A DNA stretch of 64,000 nt from Phoronis australis (lineage: Eukaryota; Animalia; Phoronida). A program made the position numbers and the translations under genes. The notes beneath the pieces were generated by a model. That model saw nothing but the letters and a program-made list of their open reading frames with translations. It was not told where the DNA came from and searched no databases. Positions within the stretch are counted from its first letter, which is position 1, and each line of letters opens with the position of its first letter. The stretch spans positions 564,659-628,658 of the forward strand of contig NMRA01000112.1 of the NCBI GenBank assembly GCA_002633005.1, given 5' to 3'. This document shows positions 12,303-26,400 of the stretch, in pieces.

Positions 12303-15300
12303 CTGTGGACAAAAGTTCTGGTTCAAGTCTTGGTTGCTTAGCTTTGTAAATTGTTCATTAATAATCAGTTTGTGTGACCAGTTGCCGTTGTGTGAAGGAG
12401 TCCAAATACATATACACTGAATTGCTACAATTTTAGCGAGGACATGGCTTTGAAAGGGCAAATATGTTTGAGTGTGAAGACGGTTGAAGCTTTTATGTAA
12501 AATCAGAACAGAATTTATTGTGGTTTTAAATATTTGGGAATCCAATACAGCTGACTTTGGAAGTAGAAGTGCCATATTGAAATTCACTATCCCACCAGAT
12601 GGTGATCAGATCTTTGGTGGACAAGCATTCAGCGCTGCCTTCAGATTTCATGTAATGCAGACAGGTTTCAACCTATTGGTTATATACTGTGTTTCCGTAC
12701 CCTTGCTATACTTTCATAATGCTGCTAAATGTCCACTTATGTACTAATGGCTTACAGGAGAAGGCAAATCTTTTGAAATATCCATGAATGAAGGACATCA
12801 TGTCCCATACATTTCCCACTGACAAAAAAATCTGTTCCCTGCGATGTCGGGGGTATGGTTGATAATAGGGGAATTCCGATCTTAGCCGATGGCCATACGT
12901 AAGATATTATGATAATAAATTTGTTAACTTGACCTAATTAAACAATGGGAAGGACAGACTGGTATTTATTCCTGTTTTTTAACCACTATGTAGTATATGA
13001 ATTAATGTCCACCAAATCTGAGTTGAGATCACGCAAGTGGGAGTCGTGTTTGCACTCCCATTACTTTAGAGAGGGCTAATTTGAAGTTTGCTATTGTGTG
13101 GAGTGCTGTGTCAATGATGTAAGATTCGTATTTATTCAATTTAGGCAATGAGATAGAAGAAACACATTGTTACAGTATTGTCCATAGCTGGCTCCACTTG
13201 CTTATAGGACCCTACCCTGGTACAATTTTTGCATTGGATTAAAATGTTTCTTTGTTAAAAATTTGGAGAATGAAGTTTCTTATTACTGCCCGACTATATT
13301 GCACGGTTGATTCATGAAAACATCTAATAAAGTTGGCATCAGTCAGATCCCCCACTGGTCCGAGAGGATTCATCTGAGGCGAAATCTGACTGACGGTGTA
13401 TGTGAACTAGGATAGTGGTTCTGCTGAACTTGTTTTTTGTGTTAAGTGAAAGTCCAATTCCTGTATGTCTGACTTATGTTTAAGTGTTTCTGTTGAATTG
13501 TTTTCTCATTGGAGTTGACGTATTTAGTGTTGGTGAATATTTTGAATATTGTCAATTAAGTTGCCCATTTTCCCAATCAATTCTCTTGAACAGTTTCCCA
13601 CCGGGCACAAGCAGTAATTACTTTTTTGACACTTGTGTTCACATGGTCAATTTGGTTGAATAAAAATATGTTTTGTTAGGTAACCAACAGTAGTGTTTGA
13701 TTTAAAATGATCACAGGATTAAAATAAGTCACCCCAAATGTCAAAAACTAGACATTGCTTTTCTGGTTTCAAATTTGTTCAGTCAATCACCTATCTGCTC
13801 ACTTTCGGCCAAAACTGTATTGAATTTTGATTGGCACCAGATGGCGCTTATAGCCCAAATCCATATTCAGCTATGTACATGTACATGGTCATGGTCAGTC
13901 ATTGCCTATTCCAAATGAGGAAAATTTAGTTTATGCATAAGGAAGAAATGTGTTATGTACATACTTGGTTGTAATGTGCAATGAATCTGGTAGCAATAAA
14001 TGGTGCAGGTGGTCTGTTTTTTCCAGTGCATCAAACATGCTTAGGGCACATAGCTAGGGTCGAGCCTGTTTGTGAAACTCAAAAGACAGTGTGAATTTGG
14101 CAGCAGCTGAAGAAGGTGATCTAAATCATTAATTTTGAGTTGGACAAAAAGTGCCACTTATTGACAATTAAAAATTATGTTGTTATGGCTCCAGAAAGGT
14201 TTTGGCAATTTCTGTCCAGTTCAGTTCAAGACCCTGAGGCGTATGTGCATGGCCCCAGATAATAACCGGAGTCTTCCAATTTTGATACCTGACAATGTCC
14301 AGTTAGAAGTTTTTGTGTCTGACAACTAATCACGTGTTTGGGTAATGGTCTGACAGGCAATATCATCTGATCCAAGTATCCAGTCATGTAGACATGTAAT
14401 GGTATAATGGACGACAAAATACAAGAAAGTTTGAATCTTCGTTTAACTTGGAAAATGTTTCATGGTGAAGTCTTTCTGGTGTGTGCACTCGGACATTAAG
14501 TACACAACACAAAAATATGTCAGACCTGTTGAATCTGAATATTAAGTACTACACAGCTTTTGGCATTAAAAGCATGCAAATTATGTAGAAACATACCAGT
14601 ATATTAGACAGTGACAATTATAAAGCGTCTTGGCACACATGAACCATTCTAACCAGAAAGTGCACGTTTGTAAATTAAGTGACAAAATGAAACAAAGTTT
14701 ATAGTTTAATACATAATTATTTAATTATTTGGAAATTTGCAGCATAACTTCCCCCCACTATCAAGGTTACAGGATTGTCTAGGCCATCTACACTAACACC
14801 CATGTTGTGCAGAACATCCACTCGCAAATTTAAAAATTCATTTTTAAATGCACATGTTTGGTGATGAACCACAGCCAATTTTCAGCCAGGACCTTTGAAT
14901 GTCATCATGAACAACAAACCAAAATGCTTGACATTTGCTTAAACCTGAGTCAAATAGCACACTGGTTACTCAACACGAAATTATCTAATTGGAACTAGTG
15001 ATCCCAGGCTTTCCACGAACTGGGAAGTGACCATATTACTCAATTCAACCCCCCAGCTTGAGTTTCTCTGTAGGCTTAAACCTGGGTAGATATGGCAAGT
15101 GTTAATGATTTGCAAGTTGTACAAGTCTTATCAATAGTATGGTCATGATGATGCCCCATGACGACAAAATTTCTTTAGATTACAACAGCTACAATCCAAT
15201 CAAACTTGACATATACATTTGAAACCTATCAGAAAGCTAGACGTATCTTGCACAGAACTGTGACAATGAATTCGTTTTTGCGACATTTTTACAAACGCGC

Positions 15301-18300
15301 TTACATTAAAAAATTTTCAGTTTTATAATGGTGAAAAATTCGTTATTTTGTTCAGGGTAGGAACACGTAATGCATTATAGAAATGGGTAATATTGGCCAT
15401 CACAAACCACAATTGTAAAACAAGGACCATCCACCTTTATATTATACAATATGAGGACACGTGCAAACATGGCGAAACCCAGCTATTTTCTATGCTATTA
15501 ACTGCCATGTCTTTCAGACAGTATTTGATGAATGCCAAAGTTCCAATCCTCAGAATCCGGGATATTCAATTTCAATGTGAAGCAGTGCCACTTGACCAAA
15601 AACTGGGATCAACATATCTCTGAAGCAAGTCAAGCAAAATAATTACTTTTCCTGGGCTGAGACTTTCCTGAACTCAAAAGCGAAATCATTTTTTGTCATT
15701 TCCGATCTCCTTTAATACAAACTCTACGTGGCTAATTCTGTTATCAAGTGTGTTATTGTCTACGTGGATGACTGTCTTATTACACAATGAAGGTTGTGAT
15801 GACCCCAGCATTCAGTCTAATTTACAAATGTAGGTGATGACCCCAGCATTAAAGATACAAGTTAAGGTCTGAACTTGAAATTGCGAGTTTTTACTCACTT
15901 CAAATCTCGAGTTTGTATCTCGCCTACAGAGGTCATTAAGTGCAAACTTGAATTTGACACACATCTGAGGAAACCATGAATAATCGACACTCATCTTGAC
16001 ATGAGTTCATATTACCGCAGGACGTAAAATGTCAAAAACAATCACATGACTTGTTAAGTATGGAGTCTGATTATAACTGGTAACAAATGTTGTTAAAATT
16101 AACCACAAGATTTTCTAAAACTCAACCAAAAGTTCTAATAACCAAAGACTGCAGCATTGAAGACAATAAAAAACAAAAAAGGAAATGAGAAATGACTAGT
16201 AAATTTGTAAATCGACCAATACAGAATTGTCAAACAGCAATGGCAAAATTTCAGAGCAAACTGACAGAATCCGTTAATGTTCTCAACCTATCTCCCCATT
16301 TTCAGTTTTGCCCACTGCTGTCTTCCTACACCCTGAGTTTTCATCATCTTTCCACACATTAGTACCACGACAAATCAACAATTTTAGACAAATTTTTGTA
16401 ATTCCCTCATAATTATCATCACTTTGACAGAACCTGGCCACTTTGAAACGGTGTCACTTAAATTTGTACTTGCAACTTTCCACTAAGATGTGCACACATG
16501 TATTTGAGCACTTAATTTTAAACAATAAAAAACTAGCACTGTTCACAAACAACTTGCATATACCAGATGAGTGAATAAAATACAAGGAAATACAAAACTT
16601 ATAATTAATCGTGAAATGGAAACAAAAGACCTTTAAATGGTGGTTAATTTCTCTAACATGTTCCTAACTTTCATTGTGTAGTTAAACTGTTCATACCAGC
16701 TTCGGCAATAAACGGCATCAAAGTTAACAGTTGGTGACACTGTCGTCATCCAAGTAATAACAAAGTAGTGCTGACACATATGGTGAGCTTTGAGGTAGAC
16801 TGAGAATTTGTGGATTTTTTGTACCATGCAAGCCAAGATTTTTTATGCGACAATTTGACAGCATTTATGACTGTGATAATTGACATACAACTTATTTCTA
16901 ATTAGACTGGCTTTTATTTGAGCAAAATATACCCAAATATTAGCGACGACGCTGCCCTCCAATTGCTGATGGTACCAGTGGCCCCTCGTTATAACTTTGA
17001 TGGGACCAAGGTTGAACATTCATACTGCACCGCAACATCAACACAGGGCTGTTAAATCCACCTGGTTACTGCAAAGGTAACTGTTACAGTTGATTTCGAT
17101 CCAGGGTTGAAGTTAATCATTCTGATAGCAACTCCCCAAAACATGGATATGTCACGTTAGTTTGTAAGGGCCTTTAGCAACTTCTCAGTAAGAATGACGA
17201 AAACTGATTCTAATTATTGGAACTTACTTTCAAAGGAAAGTGAGTTTAGAGCCTTGCCTCAATGTCACCTAGTGGCAGAACGTTGAGCAACTAGATCACG
17301 TGCTAAACAACAAGGGAAATCTCCAAAGACTCAATCCAATGAGTAACGAAATTCCCAGGCGTACAGAATTCTCAATTGTGACCATAACGTAAGTCCCAAT
17401 ATACAATTCGAATTAATTGAGACCATAACACTTGAACAGACAACTCAACCATTTAACACCTTACTACCTGAATCGCAAGAGCCAGCTGCTTGTTAAAGCT
17501 GCAACTTTGTACACCAAAACTGAGTCTTTTTGCAAGGTCAAGGGAGTAGACACTGCAATGTAATGATCTTCCTGTGTACAAGCACTGTATACCACAGACT
17601 TATCCTTGAAAAAATGTCTGACATTCTTCCTCTATCTCCTCCTTTCCTGGACATAACATCCAGAGAACTGAGTTAAAGAATCTATTGTTACAAGAGTTCC
17701 AAACCAAAACTCAGTCCGGGTCAAACTGTTACGACGAGCCTGGATGCACACTCATTTACAAGGATCGATTTCACAAGTCTCAAACCAATTGTACTATATA
17801 CAAAAGTCACGCTGATTTGGTTGTACAACCTGTGACTAACTCGTCTCAGGTACAACAAAGTTAAATTAACAATAAATGTTTAAGAAAAGTTCCAGGACGG
17901 ATCGCTGTAACAAGGTTTGACTGTGCATGAGCCGCATTCCAAAACTTCGGTAAACTTTGTCCAGATTGAGTGCAAAATTTATGACACTGAAATTCAAGCC
18001 TAAATTGAATTTTCTTGATTCTGAAGGTTGGGGCATGGGTAATTTTGGTGTTTCACACTGAATACCAGAACGCATTTTCTATCAAGAAAGTCTGAAATAA
18101 CATCAATGCAAAAGTTGTTTTTTTCGTAGTTTGGGAGAGCCAATATTGTCCATTTCTAAAATTTGGTAAGAGCTCTGACTTTGAGTACAATAATACATTT
18201 TTCACAGAACCAAACTGGATGTAAAAATCAGAGACAGCAAAGTTTGACTTATGGTACAGTATGTGCATAACAGGAAGTCAGATTCAAAGAATTAGGGAAT

Positions 18301-19447
18301 CCATTTTTGACTTCCATCTTCACTCTTTCAAGCCATTTGCATGATACAGATCAAAATTGTAGAACTTCAATTTACACTTTCTTTGTGATATATAGAAAAC
18401 ACCATCTCAAGCACTGATTAATAACTAAAAATATCACATGACATTTTTCATTGAAACTAAATGCATCTGACTTTCGACAAGGATAGCAAACACTACACCC
18501 CAGAAGTAATTACCTTTAAGTCATGACGCTTTGATGGGTAAACAAAATTTCATCCAATTGTTTTAGCCCTGCACTGCTTATTGTAGTTAAGCACACGTTG
18601 AACAGTAACACATGAAAGTTCTGTTCCTACATCACTCTAAGCACACTGTAGTCACAAATTGCCAAATGTCATGAACTGTTAGGCTTATTGCTCAACTGTC
18701 ATCTACAGCATCATGAGAATACCGTTATTAATTCAAACATCTATGAAGAACACCCACACACATTGTTATTCTAACCAATACACTCTGTTAGCCACCATAG
18801 ATACATACTTCTACCACAGGTACCCACGAAAGTTCAAAACTTCTGTAATCATCAACTGTTCTTTCTTTGCTAAATGTTTTGCAAGCCTGCATCTGACTTT
18901 GAGCAGTGTTTTTTTGTGTAGCTAATACATTGCTACGACTATCTGAGTAGTCCAATAAATCCATAACAACAAAAAAATCGTTTAACGACAACTTAAAATA
19001 AATGTATCATTTGACATTTAGTCCTAATATAGTACAAAACAGTTCCTTATAACACAGAGTACAATGTTCTAAGAGATATGCAATAAGCTCATACTTCATG
19101 TTCTGTCACAAAAGAGTCACGATCCTCCTGAATTATGTCGGTGAATACATCTAATGCCAGTTAGGTGCTGTAGCCGAATCCTCCAGCATATTTATATAAC
19201 CCTGATAACTAACGTGTCCATGAGTGTCCTTTAACAAAGGGCTAAGATATACCCTGAATACTTCGGTCTTGCTGTATATAGCTGATACATGCCTGTGTCC
19301 CATCCATTAAACAGAGTCCGACATGTGCCATGGTTACACTCAGGTTACCGTACACGACTGATACATCCACATCTGCTATCCACCCTACGGAGATGTATAC
19401 TACGAATACCTCCATCTTGGCGTGCACCCCTGACATGTCCATGAGAC

Positions 19448-22400
19448 CTATCCATCCAATGGAGGCCCGAGGTACACCATGGATACCTCTGTGTTACCAT
19501 AAACAGCTGATACTGATGGATATAATGTACACGTGTTAGGAAGACCACGGAAAGCTACACCTGCAATGAGAAAAGAAAAATAGTCACTAACAGTGTGTTC
19601 CCTCTCGCAACGGTTGTCCATGCACTTGCAGGGCATGTCCATTCAACATGGCCGAAAAATAACTGGTCAAGAAATAATAGACAATACTATCATTTGCTAT
19701 GTTGAAAATGACACATTTCGATTAAAGATTTTGGAACCCCCATTGTTCAGTCATGAAAAACCTGTGTTGAATGAGCAGCTCACAGGTGTGTACTGCACAC
19801 TGGCTCTGTTTCGTTAGGCTTGTGGGCTTCCTACCATGTCATACATTTACACTGTCACCTGTATTTCAATATTTATTTTGCTTCATATTACGTTCATTCC
19901 ATTTATTGCCTGATGATGAGAAATGCAGTCTCGAAAATTATATAGCTTGTGTTTTAATTTGTTTGTTATATCTCTCAGGGTTTTGCTACATAGCTGCACA
20001 CCTAAAGAAAGGAGATTGTTTCGACACTATGACCAACTGTATCAAGCTTTCAAACAAAAAGTTTAGTTGTGTTTTCAACGAAGTTTGTTTTAACTTTAAA
20101 TTTTAATGGGTGTCCAAATGGACATTACGGATCAAATATAATATAAACACTCTAACTAGGATGCACGGTTTATAATCCAGGACATACTTCTGTAGATAAC
20201 CCCCGATCCACGTTAACAGCAATTGGAAAACAAAATGTTTCGCTATTTCCTCAACTTTTGGAAATTTATTGTTTCACATGCAAAATGAATAATATCATTA
20301 AATCTCACCAGTTCAGGATACGATACAGCACACTGAAAGCAATTTTTAATTTGTTTCTTCAAAAACAAATATCGCCATTGGTTTAAGTAATGAGTTTTAT
20401 ACAGTGAATAGCAAACATCAGATGAGAATTTGAGAAATTGTAGGCATTAATGACAGTGTTAAAAGCCATTGAAAAGTCAGACAAAAACACCGAATTTGGA
20501 AATTGCTAAGATTCAGTCAAAAATATACTGCAAGGATCAAAAGGTTGAATCCAAAATGCATTCAGACTCAGCAACAACCCAAATTATGAAACTTACCTAA
20601 AAATTCATAATTTTTTTCAAATGCTAGTGTATTGTCTTCACAATCTAGAATTACTCTTATACGTTCTCCCACCTGAAAACAGAAGAGCACACAACCTAAT
20701 GACAGCCTTCAGAATTAACAGACATGTTATGAGTCTTAGTGGAAATACTGGCTGCCTAACATTTAGTTTTGTCAAACCTCATCTGCAATATTTATTTAGT
20801 TTTTGAGAATGATAGCACTGAACGTGACTTCCCATTTAAAAAAAGGAATTTCCATTGATTCCTTTAAAATTGTGAATTAACAAAAGTTGAGGGTTTTTTA
20901 GTGCTTAAATTTCCATCATTTTGGCTTTAAAAAATCATGTATTTTTTATTGCATTTCAGCCCTATGTTGTATCATGCAAAGAAATTTCTGCACTGGTCGG
21001 GCTTAACAATCTTCTGAAATAACATACAAGAAGTAGTTTTCTAATTCCTGACAGAATATGCAGAAATTTCTGCACAAAAATGTCTGCGCAACCTCTACTG
21101 GCACAGAAAATTCTATGTTAGATGATGCATGAAGAAATTTTTGGGTGGCAAGCTGCACAGAAATTTCTGTTCTAAAGGGTGAGCAGAAATTTCTGCACTA
21201 GAGGATGTGCAGAAAATTCTTCCCACAATACTTCATAAGACTGAATTGCAATGGAAAATACTAATTCTTAAGCCAAAATAATGGAAATCTAGGCGCAGAA
21301 AAAATCTGCAACTTTTGTGGAAATTCCCTTTTCAAAATGAAAACCGTAATTACTAAAGGAATTACTGAGGTTAGGTGACAATGCTAAACAGTAAATGCTT
21401 AATCAATAATACATTGTGGCTTAAAGCTGCATTCTGCCCTGATTAGGCAGATGAAACAATAGAAATTGAATTGGGCCATTAGGATTATTAAGTCAGACTC
21501 ATAGTTGTATTCATTTTGATCTACTTCTTTTACTCATAAAACATCGAAACTATCAGCAACTCGTGAAAATGTTTCTGAGTTTATCCAGGTTAGTCAACCC
21601 TAAACTGCCAATTAAAAAAATTGTGCATGTATGTATTGCCTGTTTTGCGTTGCCACCTGATTAAGCAGCAATTCGAGATCGGATAAGTGTTTTAATACCC
21701 AGGCCAAAGACCTGGTTTAAGTTAAGAATTCGGCACTGGTCGGATATAGCAGTCCCTGATTTTGAGAACCAGTTTCATCCAGTGAATAAACAGGCCCGTT
21801 ATACAGTGACTGCCTGGTTTTCAAAATCAGGGACTGCTTTATCTGACTAGTGCCGAGGATTCAACACTGTCAGTAAAACAGTGGCAAAAGGCAGCTTTAA
21901 ATTACATTGAGCACAGTTGTTCTGTTTATAAGACATAATTGTACTTGCCAGGAATCTTACAATCATTTGGCCATGTGATGTGGCCAAAAAGTGGCAAGCA
22001 GACCAGACTAAAAGTGCACGTGTCCTCGACATATTACCTGATACTTTGGTGCATTGTTAATGTGCGGAAAGTTGCCTTGGGCATCACCATTATGTAGCAA
22101 ATGGTTATCTACAAGATTCCAACCCCAGCTCTGGCTATTGCTACCGAGCAGGGGTAAGTAACCATGGCACTGAGTCGGGGCATCTTTTGTAGCTATGCCA
22201 ATCACCGCCACAGTTCCAAGAGGCCCCTCCCACCAGACTTCCCAACAATGACGTCCACTTCGGAAACCTATTTTCGTACGTGCTCCGTCCGTGCTTTGAG
22301 CAATTGGACTACGGTGCACTGTGAAGCCGTCAGGTTTAACAAGAATATTCCTAGAACAGTCATCTGGGTTCCAAGCATGAAAGAAAGCTCTTAGTTTCGC

Positions 22401-22616
22401 TTTGTACGTGGGTACATTGGAAAGAATGTCCGACTTTAAAGCCTCTTCGGCGAGTCTTCGAATACAATGCATACGCCAAACGTCATTATCTTCGTCGTTC
22501 AGATACCCGTACCAGTGTTTACACACTAAAGAACAGTTGCGTAAATCGTGTATACTCAAATAGAAGAATATGTTTTCCAGTATAGCATGTGGCAAGTCGG
22601 TGAATGATTTCGCCAT
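19448..22616 (-). CDS. FBXO45: F-box/SPRY domain protein (FBXO45/Fsn), 255 aa
   Basis: Exons 22616-22038 (MAKSFTDLP.. F-box, SPRY ..NNAPKYQ), 20672-20597 ([25 protein letters not shown]) and 19560-19448 (GVAFRGLP...[20 protein letters not shown]). GT-AG introns, phases consistent. Confidence 0.97.
20833..21339. mobile_element. MITE with long imperfect TIRs and internal gcagaaatttctgc palindromic repeats
   Basis: The left end cattt..aaaggaatttcc...caaaagttg...atttccatcattttggctt mirrors the right end aagccaaaataatggaaat...caacttttgtggaaattcccttttcaaaatg. Confidence 0.7.
21730..21857. mobile_element. Short hairpin MITE (~128 bp, ~43-bp TIRs)
   Basis: tcggcactggtcggatatagcagtccctgattttgagaaccag ... 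ctggttttcaaaatcagggactgctttatctgactagtgccga. Confidence 0.8.
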
Positions 22617-23436
22617 TCCGCATTCCCAGTATAGAACGAAACTTGATGAGTGACTCAAGTTACTGTTGTTCAGTCGTCGCTGTCGGGTATTTTACAAAAA
22701 ACATCAAAGACGACCAACAAGCACATAACGTTCAGACATTTGTAAATTGTGCTCTTAACACCGACTTTTCAAAGCTCCGTTGACGCAGTTAATCTCAGAT
22801 TTTGAGAGAAAGGCTGTGAAGGTCAAATCCCGTGGCTTCAAATGACCGCTGCCTCGGCACAGAGCGTCCTCTGTTGGTAATTTTAATAAGGAGCATGATT
22901 TTCTGCTAGTCGCCACCGCCGTCGAAGTTGACGTTTAGTAATTTGTCTCAGAGTGGACTATTTGTCATAGTATGTACTTTATTCTGTACTATTTTTGAAA
23001 ACGTAATTACACTGACGTTTTGTTTCACAAGTGTCTAACAATCGATGCTCGTATTTGCAAAAAATAACTATTTTCATGAAGAGTGATGAAGACTGTATCT
23101 AATTTAGTCAAAATACTACTGACAACAGTCAACACAACAGCATCTAACCCAGTTGCTAATCACTCAGTCAAAGCATATACTATAGAGTATAGTAGGCAAC
23201 ACGTAGCCCTTCGATTGGCCGGTTCAGACTATAGTACATCTGTTGTCAAAGCTATCTTTGTTTTTGCCCACAAGTCATCCCATGTGGAGTGGCATTATTG
23301 AAGTTCCTCTGTCATGTACTTGGTGTAGGCTAACTGAGATGTGTTCTAAAAAGTACTACTAGTAAGAAGTATACTTCTGTGGTTTAGACAGTCAGGCACA
23401 GTTCATTTATCATTTGAAACATGTTTCATTTTAGAA
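22617..23436. promoter_or_regulatory. Probable bidirectional promoter FBXO45/MIPEP
   Basis: The two divergent ATGs are 820 bp apart. CpG-enriched core ~22780-22940. The MIPEP ATG follows an AG at 23433-34, implying an upstream non-coding exon. Confidence 0.65.
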
Positions 23437-26400
23437 ATGTCGCCCATGAGATCACAGCTCATCAGGGTTCTGTTGACTCAGATAAAGTCATCCGGGAAAA
23501 GGAACATTCACTCCAGGTGTGTGTCTACCGACTGCGGCCTCCTCAGAGCTTTCGACTCGAAGCCTTCCAAGAAACTTAATTTCAGTCTCACTAAAGACAA
23601 TGTGGTATGAATATGACTAGGGTACAATGTGGTATGAATATGACGTGGGTACAGTGTGGTATGAATATGACGTGGGTACAGTGTGGTATGAATATGACGT
23701 GGGTACAGTGTGGTATGAATATGACGTGGGTACAGTGTGGTATGAATATGACGTGGGTACAGTGTGGTATGAATATGACGTGGGTACAATGTTTTGACTG
23801 TTCTGTCTACAAGTTATGATTATCATTCAGTGAACAGGATGTTGCACTGCAGGCAGATTCAGAAGGACCGACAAAAATAAGTTGTAAAAATCAGTGACAC
23901 GGGATTAAACTTTGCATGTGTGTGTGTGTGTGTGTGTGTGTGTGGTGTATATCTTAGATACGCCACCTGTTGGTGGTTACCAACTGCTAGTTCACACTTT
24001 CCTCTCCTTGTCAACCACTCACTATTGAGACATTTAAGCTAGTGCAATAAAGTGGCAGACTACATTGTTTATTGGCAACTTGGTCAAATCGCGTGTTAAG
24101 TGTTTGAAATTGTGAACAGCACTTTAAAAAGCCTATAATCTGATGTTGAACAATTCCAGAGTGGGGTGACATTCATATTCACAACTAACTTGTCTGCTCT
24201 CTACTGTCAATGTAGCCTTGGTGCAAAGCTGTATACTTTCTTGTGTGTTAATATTTAACATAAGTGGATCCAGGGGGGTGGTCAAAGGGGTTCACCCCCC
24301 CACCTTTCCCTTGATTTTAGTGATTTCAAATCTAGAATTTCAAGTTATTAACTTGGACTCCCCTTTTTAAAAAATCCTTGATTTGACCCAATCCCCTTTT
24401 TGGATTTGCCCGTGTGTAACATAGTAATAGTTTTGGGTTTCTTCAGGGACTGTTTGGTCTTCCTCAACTGAGGGATTTTGATGGGTTCTACCTGCTGAAG
24501 GAACAGTGTGAACGTGAGGTCGACCGACTCCTTGAGGAGGCACTGTCTCCTGGGCGTACGCGGAAAATTGTGGAAATATGCGATGAGATCTCCGACTGCA
24601 TTTGTCGAGTTGCTGACATGGTAAGCAAGGTCATTGATCAAAATTTTCAGTTTGTATTGTACGGACGTCAAGCAAAACATGGTGAAATTATGAGCAATTC
24701 ACAGAATGAAGGGAGGTTCGATAAATATTTTGTTGAATTATAAGACATGTTTTACTTTGAAGAAATTATATTTATTGCTCTTAATCTTTCCATGACCTAT
24801 TTTTGCATATTCCAGTCTTACTTCATTCATAGTGCTCACTCTACAAAGTCATACCAGGATGCAGCATTTGATGCATATTCATCCCTGAACTGTCTTGTGG
24901 AAAAGTAAGTCGTTTGTTGTTGCAAGAGTGCGTTTTTCTTTGTACAAGCAGTCAATGTCTGGCATATGGTTATCGACTGCAGCTCACAGTGTATGGTGGA
25001 TAATAGTTACTTAGAGGGCACCGGACCTTGAGAGCCAGTTTGATGCCCATTTTTGAATAGAGGAAACTGTCCGGTTCTCAGGATGCGGGAAACCTGTAAG
25101 TCACTAGTACCTTATGGTACATTATGATTGCAAAATAAATGCTTTTGGGCTCTTCATTGAATAGGGAGATGACCAATGGGAAGTTCAGTGTTATGGTCAG
25201 CATAGGATTTTTATTTTTTGATTCTGTCTTAGTATAATGACTTGAGAACCAAAAATGGGCAATAGTGTTAGTTGTGCTAAAGTCAAAGTAGCAGAAGCGA
25301 ATTGGGGAGTGATCATAGAAATGTCTTGTTCTATTCTAACCTAACTTGGAAGTTTTGTTTGTACATTGAATAAAAAGACATTAAATGAGTCTTCCTGTCT
25401 TGGATGTGGTGTGCTGGACTGCGTCTCTCTGTGATATTTGAGCAAAATGTGGCCTGCTTTACTTACACATATAACATTGTTGGGATCTTGTTGTAACGAG
25501 AATTTTCAGAATTAAAATGTCACCCTCCTTTATTTGATAGATATTTGTTAAAAAACATTGTCTAAATGTCATGTACTGTAAATGCGAAATCATGAGAGAG
25601 CTAAGAACTTCTTTTTTTGTGCTTTATTCCATAAGATATTGCTAAGGACCCCATACACTGATTAAAGTTTTGTGTAACTTTGCTGTCCAGGTTAAATGTG
25701 AATGTTGACCTTTACAATGTGCTGAAGCAATCACTGAGAGATGGTGATGTTTTGCCTACTGACAATGTGGATGAACGGGTCACGGAGCTGTTCATGCTGG
25801 ACTTTGAACAGAGTGGGATACATTTAGAGGAGGCTAAGGTGAGGATTGTTCTCATATCAATGTTGCATCAATGCATTGTACAAGAAGTCTCACGTAAGTT
25901 GGAGGGTATGTGTAATTCGTATTCCCGCATGGATCGAGCAGAGATTATTGTACATTTTGCCTTTCAGATATTGTGGGGTTTCTCCTAGCACACAAAAAAA
26001 TCCTTTTCCAGTTAAATCTGACTTAATTATGTTTTACCGTATCCTATACCACAATATGCCTTGGACACTTGTGTGGGCTGAGAACTGTTCAGTGTTGATA
26101 TGTCAACAGTCATAGCTACTTTGTACCCCGTCACATGTTGGCCTGTGAAAATGGCGGAGTGATGGAGAACAATGAACGTACAAGTGTGAAGGCATTATGT
26201 AAAACATGGCTACACTATCCTGATACAAGAGCTTGTGTTGGTATCCACTAGGTGGCGCTAATAAATAAAGGGTTTTTATCATCTGAACAGCAAGAAGCAG
26301 TTCATCAGCATGATGGACGTTCATGATATGAGGGACCCACGTGGTTCACCAGAATGCAGGCATTCCTACGAGAAGGCCTCTTGCTTCACTTGCACCACCT

